Below the pieces are notes generated by a model. The model made no database searches. It was not told where the DNA came from and saw only the letters and a list, made by a program, of their open reading frames with translations. Positions 15,345 through 24,546 of a stretch of DNA of 32,117 bases are shown here, piece by piece. Within the stretch, counting starts at the first letter, position 1, and every line of letters starts with the position of its first letter. Position numbers and translations under genes: made by a program. This DNA is from a virus (Duplodnaviria > Caudoviricetes), in the IMG/VR virus record IMGVR_UViG_3300025296_003001, positions 1 to 32,117 of that record. One strand, given 5' to 3'.

Positions 15345-16605
15345 GCTTCCGCCCAAGCTGATACCGGTGTTCGCCGGCCCGGCTCGCTACCGTGGTGCCT
15401 ATGGCGGCCGAGGCTCGGGCAAATCGTTCGGCTTCGCGCTGATGACCGCTATTCGTGGGTACGCCGAGCCGCTTCGCATCCTGTGCGCCAGGGAGCTTCA
15501 GAACAGCCTCAAGGACTCGGTGCACGCCGAGGTGGCGGCGGCTATTCGCAGTTATCCGTGGCTTGCCGAGCATTACGAGATCGGCGAAAGCTACATCCGG
15601 GGCAAGAACGGCACGGAGTATCTGTTCAAGGGCCTGCGCCTCAACTACCAGCAGATCAAGTCCACCAGCGGCGTGGACATTTGCTGGGTCGAAGAGGCGG
15701 AGACGGTTTCCGAGCAGAGCTGGAAGAACCTGATCCCGACCATCCGGGCGCCGGGCTCTGAAATCTGGCTCACCTGGAACCCGGAGAACGAGGACAGCCC
15801 GACCAACAAGCGGTTCGTGGTCGATCCTCCGCCGAACAGCAAGATCATCAAGCTCAACCACAGCGACAACCCGTGGTTCCCCGCTGAGCTGGAGGAAGAG
15901 CGCAAGAACGACCTGCGGCGCGATCCGGACTACTACGCCCACATCTGGGAGGGCGAGTGCATTACCCGGACAGATAGCCAGATCCTCGCCGGCAAGTGGG
16001 AAATTGAGGAATTCACGCCGGGTGAGCAGTGGAACGGCCCGTATTACGGGCTGGACTTCGGCTTTGCCCAAGACCCGACCGCAGCGGTGCGCTGCTGGAT
16101 TCACGACGAATGCCTGTGGATCGAATACGAGGGCGGCAAAACGGGCCTGGAGCTGGACGACACGCCGGCGTTCCTGAAAGAGCGCATCCCGGGCATCGCC
16201 GAGCACACCGTCAGGGCGGACAACGCCAGGCCGGAAAGCATCAGCTTCCTGAAGCGCCACGGCCTGCCCATCGTTGTCGGCGTGAAGAAGCGCCAGGGCA
16301 GTGTTGAGGACGGCATTCAGCACCTGCGCAGCTACCGCAAGATCATCATTCACCCGCGCTGCGAAGAAACGGCGCGGGAGGCAAGGCTTTACTCCTACAA
16401 GATCGACCGCCTGTCCGGCGACATCCTGCCGATCCCGGTGGACCTGAATAACCACTACATCGATGCCATCCGCTACGCGCTGGAGCCGATGATTTCCGCC
16501 GGCCTTCGGGGCTACGACATGACGCCGGATGAACCGGTGCGGGATCCGCTGGACGACTACACCGACGACGACTTTGAGGCCGACGAATCGTGGAAGACCG
16601 TGTGA
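15325..16605 (+). CDS. terL: Terminase large subunit (PBSX/Sf6-like)
   Basis: YGGRGSGKS Walker A, WVEEAE Walker B, GLDFG, NHYIDAIRY. Confidence 0.97.
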   Translation: MTTARVELPPKLIPVFAGPARYRGAYGGRGSGKSFGFALMTAIRGYAEPLRILCARELQNSLKDSVHAEVAAAIRSYPWLAEHYEIGESYIRGKNGTEYLFKGLRLNYQQIKSTSGVDICWVEEAETVSEQSWKNLIPTIRAPGSEIWLTWNPENEDSPTNKRFVVDPPPNSKIIKLNHSDNPWFPAELEEERKNDLRRDPDYYAHIWEGECITRTDSQILAGKWEIEEFTPGEQWNGPYYGLDFGFAQDPTAAVRCWIHDECLWIEYEGGKTGLELDDTPAFLKERIPGIAEHTVRADNARPESISFLKRHGLPIVVGVKKRQGSVEDGIQHLRSYRKIIIHPRCEETAREARLYSYKIDRLSGDILPIPVDLNNHYIDAIRYALEPMISAGLRGYDMTPDEPVRDPLDDYTDDDFEADESWKTV

Positions 16606-18476
16606 ACGAGCTGACAGTAGAGCAGCTGCGCACTCAGTTTGAGGAATTCGAGGAGTCCACGAACGATGCGCGGGTGCTCTCCGAGAAGGCCCGGGACTAT
16701 CGCGACCTCAAGCAGTGGACCGGCGAGCAGCTGGAAGAGCTGAAGCGTCGCAAGCAGGCGCCGCTGGTGATCCCGAAGATCCCGGCAAAGGTCGACTTCC
16801 TGGTGGGCCTGGAGCGCCAGCAGCGCAGCGACCCTCGCGCCTTCCCCCGGACCCAGGACCACGAGCAGGCGGCGGACGCGGTCACCGATGCCTTGCGGTA
16901 CGTGGCCGACAACACCGAGTTCGACCAGGTGGCGTCGGAGGTGTTCGAGCAGGGCCTGATCGTCGAGGGTTACGCCGGCGCCATCATCGAGCCGGCGATG
17001 AAGCGTGGCCAGGTAGAGATTGAGGTCAACTTCATCCCGTTCGACCGCTGCTATTACGACCCGTACAGCCGCAAGCGCGATTTCAGCGACGCCTCGTATC
17101 TGGGCATCGTCGTCTGGATGGACATGACCGAGGCCAAGCGCCGGTACCCGAGCAAGGCGGAGCAGATCACTGAGCTGCAATCCTCTCGCGGTGCCGGGGA
17201 GACGTTCGACGACAAGCCGCGATGGGTGGACGGTCGGCGAAAGCGGGTGAAGGTCTGCCAGCACTACTTCCGCCATGAGGGTGTCTGGCACGTCGCGCAC
17301 TTCACCGACCAACTGTTTCTCATGGACGCCAAGCCGTCGCCGCTGGTGGACGAATACGGCGACCCGATGTGCCCGATTGAGCTGGTGCACGGCTACATCA
17401 CCCGGGACGGTGAGCGTTACGGCCTGGTGCATTCCATGCTGGGTCTGCAAGACGAGATCAACCACCGCCGGTCGAAAGCGCTGCACATGCTGTCCACCCG
17501 GCAGGTCTGGTACGAGCAAGGCGCCGTGCCGAACGCTCGGCAGACTGCCGAAAAGCTCAAGCTGCCCGATGGGGCCGTCGAGTTCCCCGCCGGCACGCTT
17601 TCGGATGGCCGTGTACAGATACAGTCGAACACGGACTTGGCCGCCGGCCAATCTGATCTGCTCCGCGAGGCCAAGCAGGAAATGGACGCCCGGGGCGCCT
17701 CGAACATCCTGCAAGGCATCAACGAGCAGGACCTGAGCGGCCGCGCCATCCGCAGCCTGCAGAACAGCGCCCAGCTTGAAATCGGCCCGCTGATGGACGC
17801 CCACCGGCACTGGAAGAAGCGCTGTTATCGGCAGATTTGGTCGCGCATCAAACAGTTCTGGGACGAAGAGCGCTGGGTGCGGGTCACCGATGACGAAGAC
17901 AACCTGAAGTGGGTGGGCCTGAACCAGCCGGTGACCATCGGCGAGCAGCTTCAGGAGCAAGCCGAGCAGGGCGACGAACGCGCCGCCCAGGCCTTGCAGC
18001 AGATGGTCGCCATTCAGGACCCGCGCTTGAATGAGCCGTACACCACGCGCAACAACGTGGCCGAGATCGACGTGGACATCATCATCGACGAAGCGCCGGA
18101 CACCCTGACCGTCCAGCAGGAGCAGTTCGAGGTGATGACCGAGCTGGCCAAGGTCTACGGCCCGCAGGAAGTGCCGTTCGAGCTGATCCTGCAGCTTTCC
18201 AGCTTGCGCAACAAAGACGCAATCATGGACAAGCTGAAGGGCGACCCGCAGCAGGCCCAGATGATGGCCCAGGTCCAGCAGATGCAGCAGCAAATGCAGC
18301 AGATGATGGCCCAGCTGGAACTCGCCCAGAAGCAGGCCGACATCCAGAAAACCCAGGCGGAGGTGGAAGAGACCGCCGCCGACATCGAGCAAACCCGAAT
18401 CGAGACCGAGCAGAAGCGGCTCGAAAACGCCACAGTCCGGGCCTTCCCGGATACGGCGCCGAACATAAACGTTTAA
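16602..18476 (+). CDS. Portal protein, P22-like with C-terminal helical barrel
   Basis: Follows terL; about 624 aa; YGLV..M..LQDEIN..RSK; Q-rich coiled C-terminus. Confidence 0.9.
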   Translation: MNELTVEQLRTQFEEFEESTNDARVLSEKARDYRDLKQWTGEQLEELKRRKQAPLVIPKIPAKVDFLVGLERQQRSDPRAFPRTQDHEQAADAVTDALRYVADNTEFDQVASEVFEQGLIVEGYAGAIIEPAMKRGQVEIEVNFIPFDRCYYDPYSRKRDFSDASYLGIVVWMDMTEAKRRYPSKAEQITELQSSRGAGETFDDKPRWVDGRRKRVKVCQHYFRHEGVWHVAHFTDQLFLMDAKPSPLVDEYGDPMCPIELVHGYITRDGERYGLVHSMLGLQDEINHRRSKALHMLSTRQVWYEQGAVPNARQTAEKLKLPDGAVEFPAGTLSDGRVQIQSNTDLAAGQSDLLREAKQEMDARGASNILQGINEQDLSGRAIRSLQNSAQLEIGPLMDAHRHWKKRCYRQIWSRIKQFWDEERWVRVTDDEDNLKWVGLNQPVTIGEQLQEQAEQGDERAAQALQQMVAIQDPRLNEPYTTRNNVAEIDVDIIIDEAPDTLTVQQEQFEVMTELAKVYGPQEVPFELILQLSSLRNKDAIMDKLKGDPQQAQMMAQVQQMQQQMQQMMAQLELAQKQADIQKTQAEVEETAADIEQTRIETEQKRLENATVRAFPDTAPNINV

Positions 18477-18495
18477 TCAGATCACCTGCACGACT

Positions 18496-18521
18496 GAGCC
18501 CGCCACTGAGCGGGCTTTTTT
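18496..18521 (+). terminator. Intrinsic terminator after portal
   Basis: AGCCCGC/GCGGGCT stem + T6. Confidence 0.85.
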
Positions 18522-18587
18522 GTGCCCCGACGCCGGGGAACGGGCGGAAAGCGGACGACGCGCTAGACGGTCGCGATGGAGAGGGAA

Positions 18588-19361
18588 ATGAGCGAAACGA
18601 GTCTTGAAGACATGCTGAGCGACAAAGACCTGCCCGAGGCAACCGAGACCGAAGAGGCCGAGGGAACCAAGGAGCAGGAAGCGGGCGAGGAAACCACCGA
18701 AACGGAGGCCGAAAAGGAAGCCGAGACGGAGGAAACCGAGGAGAAGAAAGACGATTCGACGCCGGAATCAAAAGCCAGCGAGACCACCGAGGATGAACCC
18801 TGGACCAAGAAAGCCGTTCTTGATGAGCGGCGCAAGCGTCAGGAGCTGGAACAGCGTTTGAGGGACATCGAAGCCAAGAAGGAGCCGGAACAGGCCCCGG
18901 ATTGGTGGGCCGATCCCGAGAAGGCCGCCCAGCACCAGTCGCAGCAGATCGAAGCCCGGCTGTATCAGCAAAAGGTCGAGCTGAGCCAGGACTTCATGCG
19001 TAGCCAGCACGAGGACTACGACGACATGGAGGCCCGGTTCATGGAAATGGCCCAGGAAAACCCAACGCTCCGCACTGAGTTGCAGAAGAGCGCCAACCCC
19101 GCGCGATTTGCCTACGAAACGGCCAAGAAAGCCGCCGAGTACGACGCCATAAAAGACGTGGATTCGTACAAAGCGAAGCTGGAGGCCGAGGTGCGCAAGG
19201 ACGTGGAGGCAAAGCTGCGCAAAGAGCTCGAAGCGGAGCAGGAAAAGAAAGCGAAGAAAGAGGCGGCCATCGACCCGTCCCTGGCTTCGACATCCTCAAA
19301 AGGTGGACTCAAGTCCGACGACTACGCCGGCCCAACCCCTCTCGACGAGATCCTGAAGTAA
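18588..19361 (+). CDS. Scaffolding protein
   Basis: Acidic N-terminus, ERRKRQELE coiled coil; between portal and capsid. Confidence 0.85.
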   Translation: MSETSLEDMLSDKDLPEATETEEAEGTKEQEAGEETTETEAEKEAETEETEEKKDDSTPESKASETTEDEPWTKKAVLDERRKRQELEQRLRDIEAKKEPEQAPDWWADPEKAAQHQSQQIEARLYQQKVELSQDFMRSQHEDYDDMEARFMEMAQENPTLRTELQKSANPARFAYETAKKAAEYDAIKDVDSYKAKLEAEVRKDVEAKLRKELEAEQEKKAKKEAAIDPSLASTSSKGGLKSDDYAGPTPLDEILK

Positions 19362-19405
19362 TCAGCGCGGCCCCGGCCGCTTTCCGAATCTGAGAGGTAA
19401 TTATC

Positions 19406-20509
19406 ATGGCTGAAACCACGATCAGCGCTGCCAATCGCGTCAAACAGTGGGACGACAAAGCCCACATCGAATATATCCGCGCGAACCGCTTTAAGCGGTA
19501 CATGGGCAGTAACGAAAACGCCATCATCCAGGTGAAAGAGGACCTGACCAAGAAGCGCGGTGACGCGATCACCATCCCCCTGGTCGGCGCTCTGGATTCC
19601 AGCGGTGGGCCGAACACCGGCTCCAGCGACCTGGTGGGCAACGAGAAGGCGCTGCCGAACGACGGCCACCGCATCAGCGTGGGCGTGGTGCGTGACGCCA
19701 CCCTGGTGAACGTCGAGGAAGAGCAGGCGTCGCCGATCAACATCCGTAACGCCGGCAAGGTTGCTCTGAAAGACCTGCAAATGCGCTACCTGCGCAACAG
19801 CATCATCACCGCGCTGGGCAGCATCAACGGTGTGGCCTACGGCTCCGCGACCACAGGCCAGAAGAACACCTGGCACGACGGCAACAGCGACCGGGTTCTT
19901 TACGGCGCCGAGGCCGGTAACTTCGTGGCAAGCGATCACGCTGCGTCTCTGGCGAATATCGACGCCACCGATGACAAGCTCACCGGTGACGTGGTGTCCC
20001 TGGCGAAGCGCACCGCCCAAAACGCGGTGACCGTGAACGGTGACGGCATTCGCCCCTACCGCTACGGCGAGGACATGGAAACGTACGCCATGTTCGTACC
20101 GTCCTGGGCGTTCCGCGACCTGCGCAACTGGATGGTGACCAACAAGTTCTGGAACGACGCCATGCAGGCCGGGAAGGACAACCCGCTGTTCAGCGGCCCG
20201 ACCTCGATTCACTGGGATGGCGTGATCGTGCGCGAGATCCCGGAAATCGGCGTTATCTCTGGCGTTGGCGCCGGCACTCCGGCCATCGACGTGGCCCCTT
20301 GCTACCTCTGCGGCGCACAGGCGCTTGCAGCAGCCTGGGCCATGCGCACCAAGTCCACCACCCGTAAGGAAGACGACTACGGATTCCGCTACGGCGTGGG
20401 CTTCATGGAGATGCGCGGCGTCGAGAAGCTGCAGTACGCCCAGGGCACCGCGAACGCCAAGGACTGGGGCGTGGTGACCACCTACGTGGCCGGCGTCGCC
20501 GACGCGTAA
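19406..20509 (+). CDS. Major capsid protein (DUF4043 / N4-gp56-like)
   Basis: DLTKKRGDAITIPL, LVGNEKAL, NPLFSG, LCGAQA; strong terminator follows. Confidence 0.9.
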   Translation: MAETTISAANRVKQWDDKAHIEYIRANRFKRYMGSNENAIIQVKEDLTKKRGDAITIPLVGALDSSGGPNTGSSDLVGNEKALPNDGHRISVGVVRDATLVNVEEEQASPINIRNAGKVALKDLQMRYLRNSIITALGSINGVAYGSATTGQKNTWHDGNSDRVLYGAEAGNFVASDHAASLANIDATDDKLTGDVVSLAKRTAQNAVTVNGDGIRPYRYGEDMETYAMFVPSWAFRDLRNWMVTNKFWNDAMQAGKDNPLFSGPTSIHWDGVIVREIPEIGVISGVGAGTPAIDVAPCYLCGAQALAAAWAMRTKSTTRKEDDYGFRYGVGFMEMRGVEKLQYAQGTANAKDWGVVTTYVAGVADA

Positions 20510-20517
20510 ACCCTTCC

Positions 20518-20539
20518 AGGGCCCTTCGGGGCCCTTTTT
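20518..20539 (+). terminator. Intrinsic terminator after capsid
   Basis: AGGGCCC-TTCG-GGGCCCT-TTTT. Confidence 0.9.
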
Positions 20540-20554
20540 CTTCTGGAGATGGAC

Positions 20555-20761
20555 ATGACGAAAGTCACCTATCTGGGCGAATCCAAGGCCGTGGAGTTTG
20601 ACGGCGTGGGGTTTGAGCCCGGCAAAGCCGTGGATTATGACGGCCCCCGCCTGCGCAAGCTGCGCGGCAACCGATTTTTTGAGGTGACCGAGGCCAAGCA
20701 GAAGGCCCCGGCCAAAGCGCCCGCCAAGCAGAAGGCCCCGGCCAATGCCAACGCCGACTGA
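20555..20761 (+). CDS. Small hypothetical protein with K/A/P-rich tail
   Basis: GGAG RBS; 23-bp direct repeat 20693-20715/20723-20745 (KQKAPA x2). Confidence 0.7.
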   Translation: MTKVTYLGESKAVEFDGVGFEPGKAVDYDGPRLRKLRGNRFFEVTEAKQKAPAKAPAKQKAPANANAD

Positions 20762-21083
20762 ACTGGCCGAGCGCGTCATGAAGCGCCTGGGCATCCTGGA
20801 CGCGGACGAAAGCCCGGAGGCCAAAGAGGCCAAGGACATCGTGGTGACGATGCGCAGCGCGCACGCCTCCATGCTGGACCTGGGCCTGATTGATTGGCCG
20901 CTGGATGACGTGCCGGTGCGCTGCCAGGACGCCTGGGTCAACTATGTGGCGGGCAAGGTCAGCGCGGATTTTGGCGCTTCCAGCCAGGAAGTGTTTGCTC
21001 GGGGCGCGGCGGCGGAGCGTGAGCTGATCGCGCTGTCCTCGCAGCCCTCCGATCCCCGCGACATTCCGGTCACCGACTACTGA
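20745..21083 (+). CDS. Head-tail adaptor (P22 gp4-like position)
   Basis: Helical 112 aa, LGI....ESP motif; precedes the gp10-like gene. Confidence 0.7.
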   Translation: MPTPTELAERVMKRLGILDADESPEAKEAKDIVVTMRSAHASMLDLGLIDWPLDDVPVRCQDAWVNYVAGKVSADFGASSQEVFARGAAAERELIALSSQPSDPRDIPVTDY

Positions 21084-22549
21084 TGCAATTCCCCATCGGC
21101 CTGACATTCAACGCCCACCCTGAGCGAACGGTGAGCGTGGAGAACGTCATCAACATGCAGCCGGAGGCGACCCCGAGAGGCCGCAGCCAGTACGTGCTGC
21201 GGTCCTGCCCGGGGCTGCGCGAGTTCGTGGGCGTGGGCGGCTCCCGCCGTGTGCGCGGCATGATTGAGGTGCGGGGCCTGCTGTATGTCGTGGCCGGCCC
21301 GGTGCTGTACCGCATCAACGCCGACCTGACAGTGGACGAGTTTACCTATATCGACGGGTCTGGGCCGGTGGGCATCAGCACCAACGGTACCGAGATTCAT
21401 TTGGCCGCCGGTGAGGCGGGCTTCATCTTCAACGTCCTGACCGAGGAAGTGATCCCGATCACCGATGAGGCGTACCCGACGGCGTACACCTCGGCGTTCG
21501 TCGCCGGCCGCTTCGTGGTAGAGGACGCCGAGAGTCAGGGCAAGTTCTGCTGGTCCGAGCAGTACGACGGCACCAACTGGAACGGGCTGGACTTCGCCAC
21601 GGCGGAGCTGCTGCCCGATCCGGTGATCGCCGTGTATGGCCGGGGCCAGACCGCGACCGTGTTCGGCAGCCAGACCACGGAGTTCTGGCGCCCGTCCGAG
21701 GCGGGCTTCTCACCCATCCCCGGCTCAGGCCAGCGCATGGGTCTGCGGTCTCGCGCGTCGGTGGCGGAGACGGACAACGTCATCTTCTACCATGCCTCGG
21801 ACGGCTCATTCCGGGCGATGTCCGGCTACCAGCCCATGCGCATCAGTACGGCCAACGTGGAGGCCGCCACCAGCGAATGGCGGGACGCGGAGGGCTTCTG
21901 CTACACCCTGGACGGCCACGCCGTCTATGAAGTCAGCAGCCCAGCCTATGACCGGACGTTCTGCTACGACCTCACCGAATCCCAGCGCCTCGGCGAGCCG
22001 ATCTGGTTCGAGAAGCGCAGCGGCATCGATGAGGCGGAAGGCCGGCACCGGGCCTCATTCAGTGCCGTGGCGTTCGGCAAGACATTGGTGGGCGACGCCC
22101 AGGCCGGGATTGTCTGGGAGCTGACGCACGCCCAGGCGCCGGATTTCTCCGAATTTACAACGCCCCACATCACCGATCCGGCCCGCCATGAGCGGCGCCG
22201 GCTCAATCGCATGGAACTGATCTGCCGTACCGGCGTGGGCGACATCAAGCCAAAGGCGCCGTTTCCGGGCGGCATTCCTGACCATATGACCGCCGGGGAG
22301 CCCATCGGTCAGCCCCTGGTGAATTACGACGACGCCCCGGTCGTGAAGAGCCACGTCATGCTCCGGCTGAGCCGCGACAACGGCTACACCTGGGGCGAAG
22401 AGAAATGGCGCGATCTTCAGCAGGTCGGCAAGTACGACGCCCGCGTGATCTGGCGCCGCCTGGGCCAGTTCAGACAGCTCGCAGCCCGGTTCCGAGTCAC
22501 CCAGGCAAAACCCGTCACCGTGATAGGTCTGAACGCCGATGTCTCTTGA
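21083..22549 (+). CDS. Tail hub / DNA stabilisation protein (P22 gp10-like)
   Basis: 488 aa; LRS.PGL, FATAE..PD, SRDNGYTW, WRRLG motifs. Confidence 0.88.
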   Translation: MQFPIGLTFNAHPERTVSVENVINMQPEATPRGRSQYVLRSCPGLREFVGVGGSRRVRGMIEVRGLLYVVAGPVLYRINADLTVDEFTYIDGSGPVGISTNGTEIHLAAGEAGFIFNVLTEEVIPITDEAYPTAYTSAFVAGRFVVEDAESQGKFCWSEQYDGTNWNGLDFATAELLPDPVIAVYGRGQTATVFGSQTTEFWRPSEAGFSPIPGSGQRMGLRSRASVAETDNVIFYHASDGSFRAMSGYQPMRISTANVEAATSEWRDAEGFCYTLDGHAVYEVSSPAYDRTFCYDLTESQRLGEPIWFEKRSGIDEAEGRHRASFSAVAFGKTLVGDAQAGIVWELTHAQAPDFSEFTTPHITDPARHERRRLNRMELICRTGVGDIKPKAPFPGGIPDHMTAGEPIGQPLVNYDDAPVVKSHVMLRLSRDNGYTWGEEKWRDLQQVGKYDARVIWRRLGQFRQLAARFRVTQAKPVTVIGLNADVS

Positions 22550-22730
22550 AAACCCCGACCAGCGGGCGCCCCTGGTGGAGAGCCAGCCGGACGCCTACAT
22601 GGACCCCGTTTGGTTTGAGTTCGTTGCCACCTTCACCGCCCTGGTGAACCAGCAGCAGCGAACCATCAAAGAACAGCAGACCGCCATTGAGGACCTGGAA
22701 CAGCGCGTTCAGGCCCTCGAAACCCCGTGA
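22539..22730 (+). CDS. Short coiled-coil protein at the gp26 (needle/plug) position
   Basis: 63 aa; IEDLEQRVQALE heptads. Confidence 0.6.
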   Translation: MSLENPDQRAPLVESQPDAYMDPVWFEFVATFTALVNQQQRTIKEQQTAIEDLEQRVQALETP

Positions 22731-22740
22731 GGATACGATC

Positions 22741-23373
22741 ATGATTGGATTGGTAGCAGCCGGCGTTGGCGCGGCCGCCTCCGCGTGGGGCGCGAGCAAA
22801 GGCGCCGACGCTCAAGAGGACGCCAGCAAGCGGGCCATCGCCCTGCAGTATGAGCAGATGCGCCGCGCCTCGAACCTGTACCGCCCGTACCGCGAAGCCG
22901 GCGAGCAGGCCCTGACCGACTACCAGGGCAACATCGGCAACCAGCCCACCTACGAGAACACCCTGGCCACCCTGGCCGACGATCCGGGCTACCAGTTCCG
23001 CCTGGAGCAGGGCCAGAACACGCTGGAGAACAGCGCGGCGGCCCGGGGGAACCTGCTTTCCGGCGCCACCCTGAAAGACCTCACCGGCTACGCCCAGGGC
23101 ATGGCCTCCCAGGAAGGGCAGGCGGCCTACAGCCGGGACATGAACGCCTACAACAACCAGCAGAACCAGCTCGCCAATCTCATGCAGATGGGCTTCAACT
23201 CGGTGAGCGGACAGGTCGGGCAGCAGGCCCAGGGCGCCAATAACCTGGCCAATCTGTACATGCAGCAGGGCAACAACCAGGCCAACTATTACACCCAGAT
23301 GGGCAACGTGGCGAACCAGCTCGGCAGTAACGCCCTGCTGTACAGCATGCTCGGCGGTGGTGGAGGCGGATAA
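22741..23373 (+). CDS. DNA ejection protein (gp7-like)
   Basis: A/G-rich N-terminus, PY..AG..AL, PGYQFRL.QG, SAAARG.L.SG. Confidence 0.85.
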   Translation: MIGLVAAGVGAAASAWGASKGADAQEDASKRAIALQYEQMRRASNLYRPYREAGEQALTDYQGNIGNQPTYENTLATLADDPGYQFRLEQGQNTLENSAAARGNLLSGATLKDLTGYAQGMASQEGQAAYSRDMNAYNNQQNQLANLMQMGFNSVSGQVGQQAQGANNLANLYMQQGNNQANYYTQMGNVANQLGSNALLYSMLGGGGGG

Positions 23374-23376
23374 ACC

Positions 23377-24546
23377 ATGGCACAGATGCGAATGATCGAC
23401 CTCGGGCAGGTCTACGGCGATGCGGCCCAGATTCAAGGGGCGCGCCAGCGTAACGAACTGCTGGAAATGATGGCCCCTCTGAAGGTGGAGGGCGCCCAGC
23501 TGCGCAATGAGGCCCAGGGCCAGCGCAACCGGCTTGCGGATCTGACCATGGATGACCAGGTCCAGCAGACCCGGCAGCAGACCCAGATGGGCGATATGGA
23601 GCTGACGGACGCCGACCGGCAGCAGGCGGCCTATGAGTCGCAGCTTTTCCTCCGTACGCTGGGCGAGGACTTCGATCAGTTGCCGCCGGAGCAGCAGAAT
23701 CAGCGGTGGTCCGCCGCTCGCCAGCGCGCCATCGAGATGGACCCCGAGGACGCCGTGCTGCCGGAGCAGTTCGATCCGAACGCCTATCGGAATATCGCGG
23801 CCATGGCGTCCATGGGTCTGGAGGATGAGGGGCCCAATGTTGGTGCGCAGAAGATCCTCGAGGACGGCACTATTATCCAATCTACCGAGGCTGGCCCAAG
23901 GGTGTGGTCACCAACCGGTGAGGTGTTGTCGGGTCAGGCGGCTGCAGACGCTGTGCGCGCCGCCCGCGATTACCAGGTCAGCAACCAACGGAATATCTAC
24001 GGGGCGCGACGGGAGGGCACTCTTGGCGCAGATATAAATCTCGGCGGGGCAGCAGAGGGCTCCAAGGCCGCCGGGAAGCAAGCAATTGAGCAATCCGGGC
24101 AAATGTTCGATCAGTTGGGTAACGTCAAAGGCAGCATTGCAAACATCGATGAGGCCATTCGCTTGATCGATGAGGGGGCGGGAACAGGCCCAGTCATGTC
24201 CAGGCTGCCCAGCATTCGAAGCGCCTCCGTCCAGCTGGACAATCTGCAAGGACGCATGGGCCTGGACGTCATTAACAGCACCACGTTTGGGGCGCTCTCT
24301 GAGGCCGAGCTGAGATTTGCTCTCAGCACTGCCCTGCCTGAAAACCTGGATGGCCCCGAACTTAAAAGTTGGCTCCAGCGTAAAAAAGCCTCCCAAGAGA
24401 AGCTGGCGAACTACCTCCAAGAGGCGGCGACGTTCTTGGGCCGGCCCGGCAACTCGGTCGCCGAGTGGATGGACTTGCAGCGCGGACGTGGCGGCGGGGG
24501 CGGGTCCGGCGTGGACGACATTCTAACCAAGTATGGAGTTGAATAA
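23377..24546 (+). CDS. DNA ejection protein (gp20-like position)
   Basis: Q/A-rich helical 389 aa; FGALSEAE motif; second of three. Confidence 0.7.
   Translation: MAQMRMIDLGQVYGDAAQIQGARQRNELLEMMAPLKVEGAQLRNEAQGQRNRLADLTMDDQVQQTRQQTQMGDMELTDADRQQAAYESQLFLRTLGEDFDQLPPEQQNQRWSAARQRAIEMDPEDAVLPEQFDPNAYRNIAAMASMGLEDEGPNVGAQKILEDGTIIQSTEAGPRVWSPTGEVLSGQAAADAVRAARDYQVSNQRNIYGARREGTLGADINLGGAAEGSKAAGKQAIEQSGQMFDQLGNVKGSIANIDEAIRLIDEGAGTGPVMSRLPSIRSASVQLDNLQGRMGLDVINSTTFGALSEAELRFALSTALPENLDGPELKSWLQRKKASQEKLANYLQEAATFLGRPGNSVAEWMDLQRGRGGGGGSGVDDILTKYGVE

Noticed and set aside
18250-18320. CAG/ATG-rich repeats in the portal 3' end
   Set aside because: Encode the ordinary Q/M-rich helical barrel of P22-like portals.
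20693-20745. 23-bp direct repeat with 30-bp period
   Set aside because: Only two copies, in frame in a low-complexity KQKAPA tail; not CRISPR-like.
15205-23880. Long minus-strand ORFs (416, 611, 539, 404 aa) opposite terL, portal, capsid and ejection genes; also 28453-29949
   Set aside because: Antisense shadows expected from GC-rich codon bias; no motifs, and the plus-strand genes are clearly the real ones.
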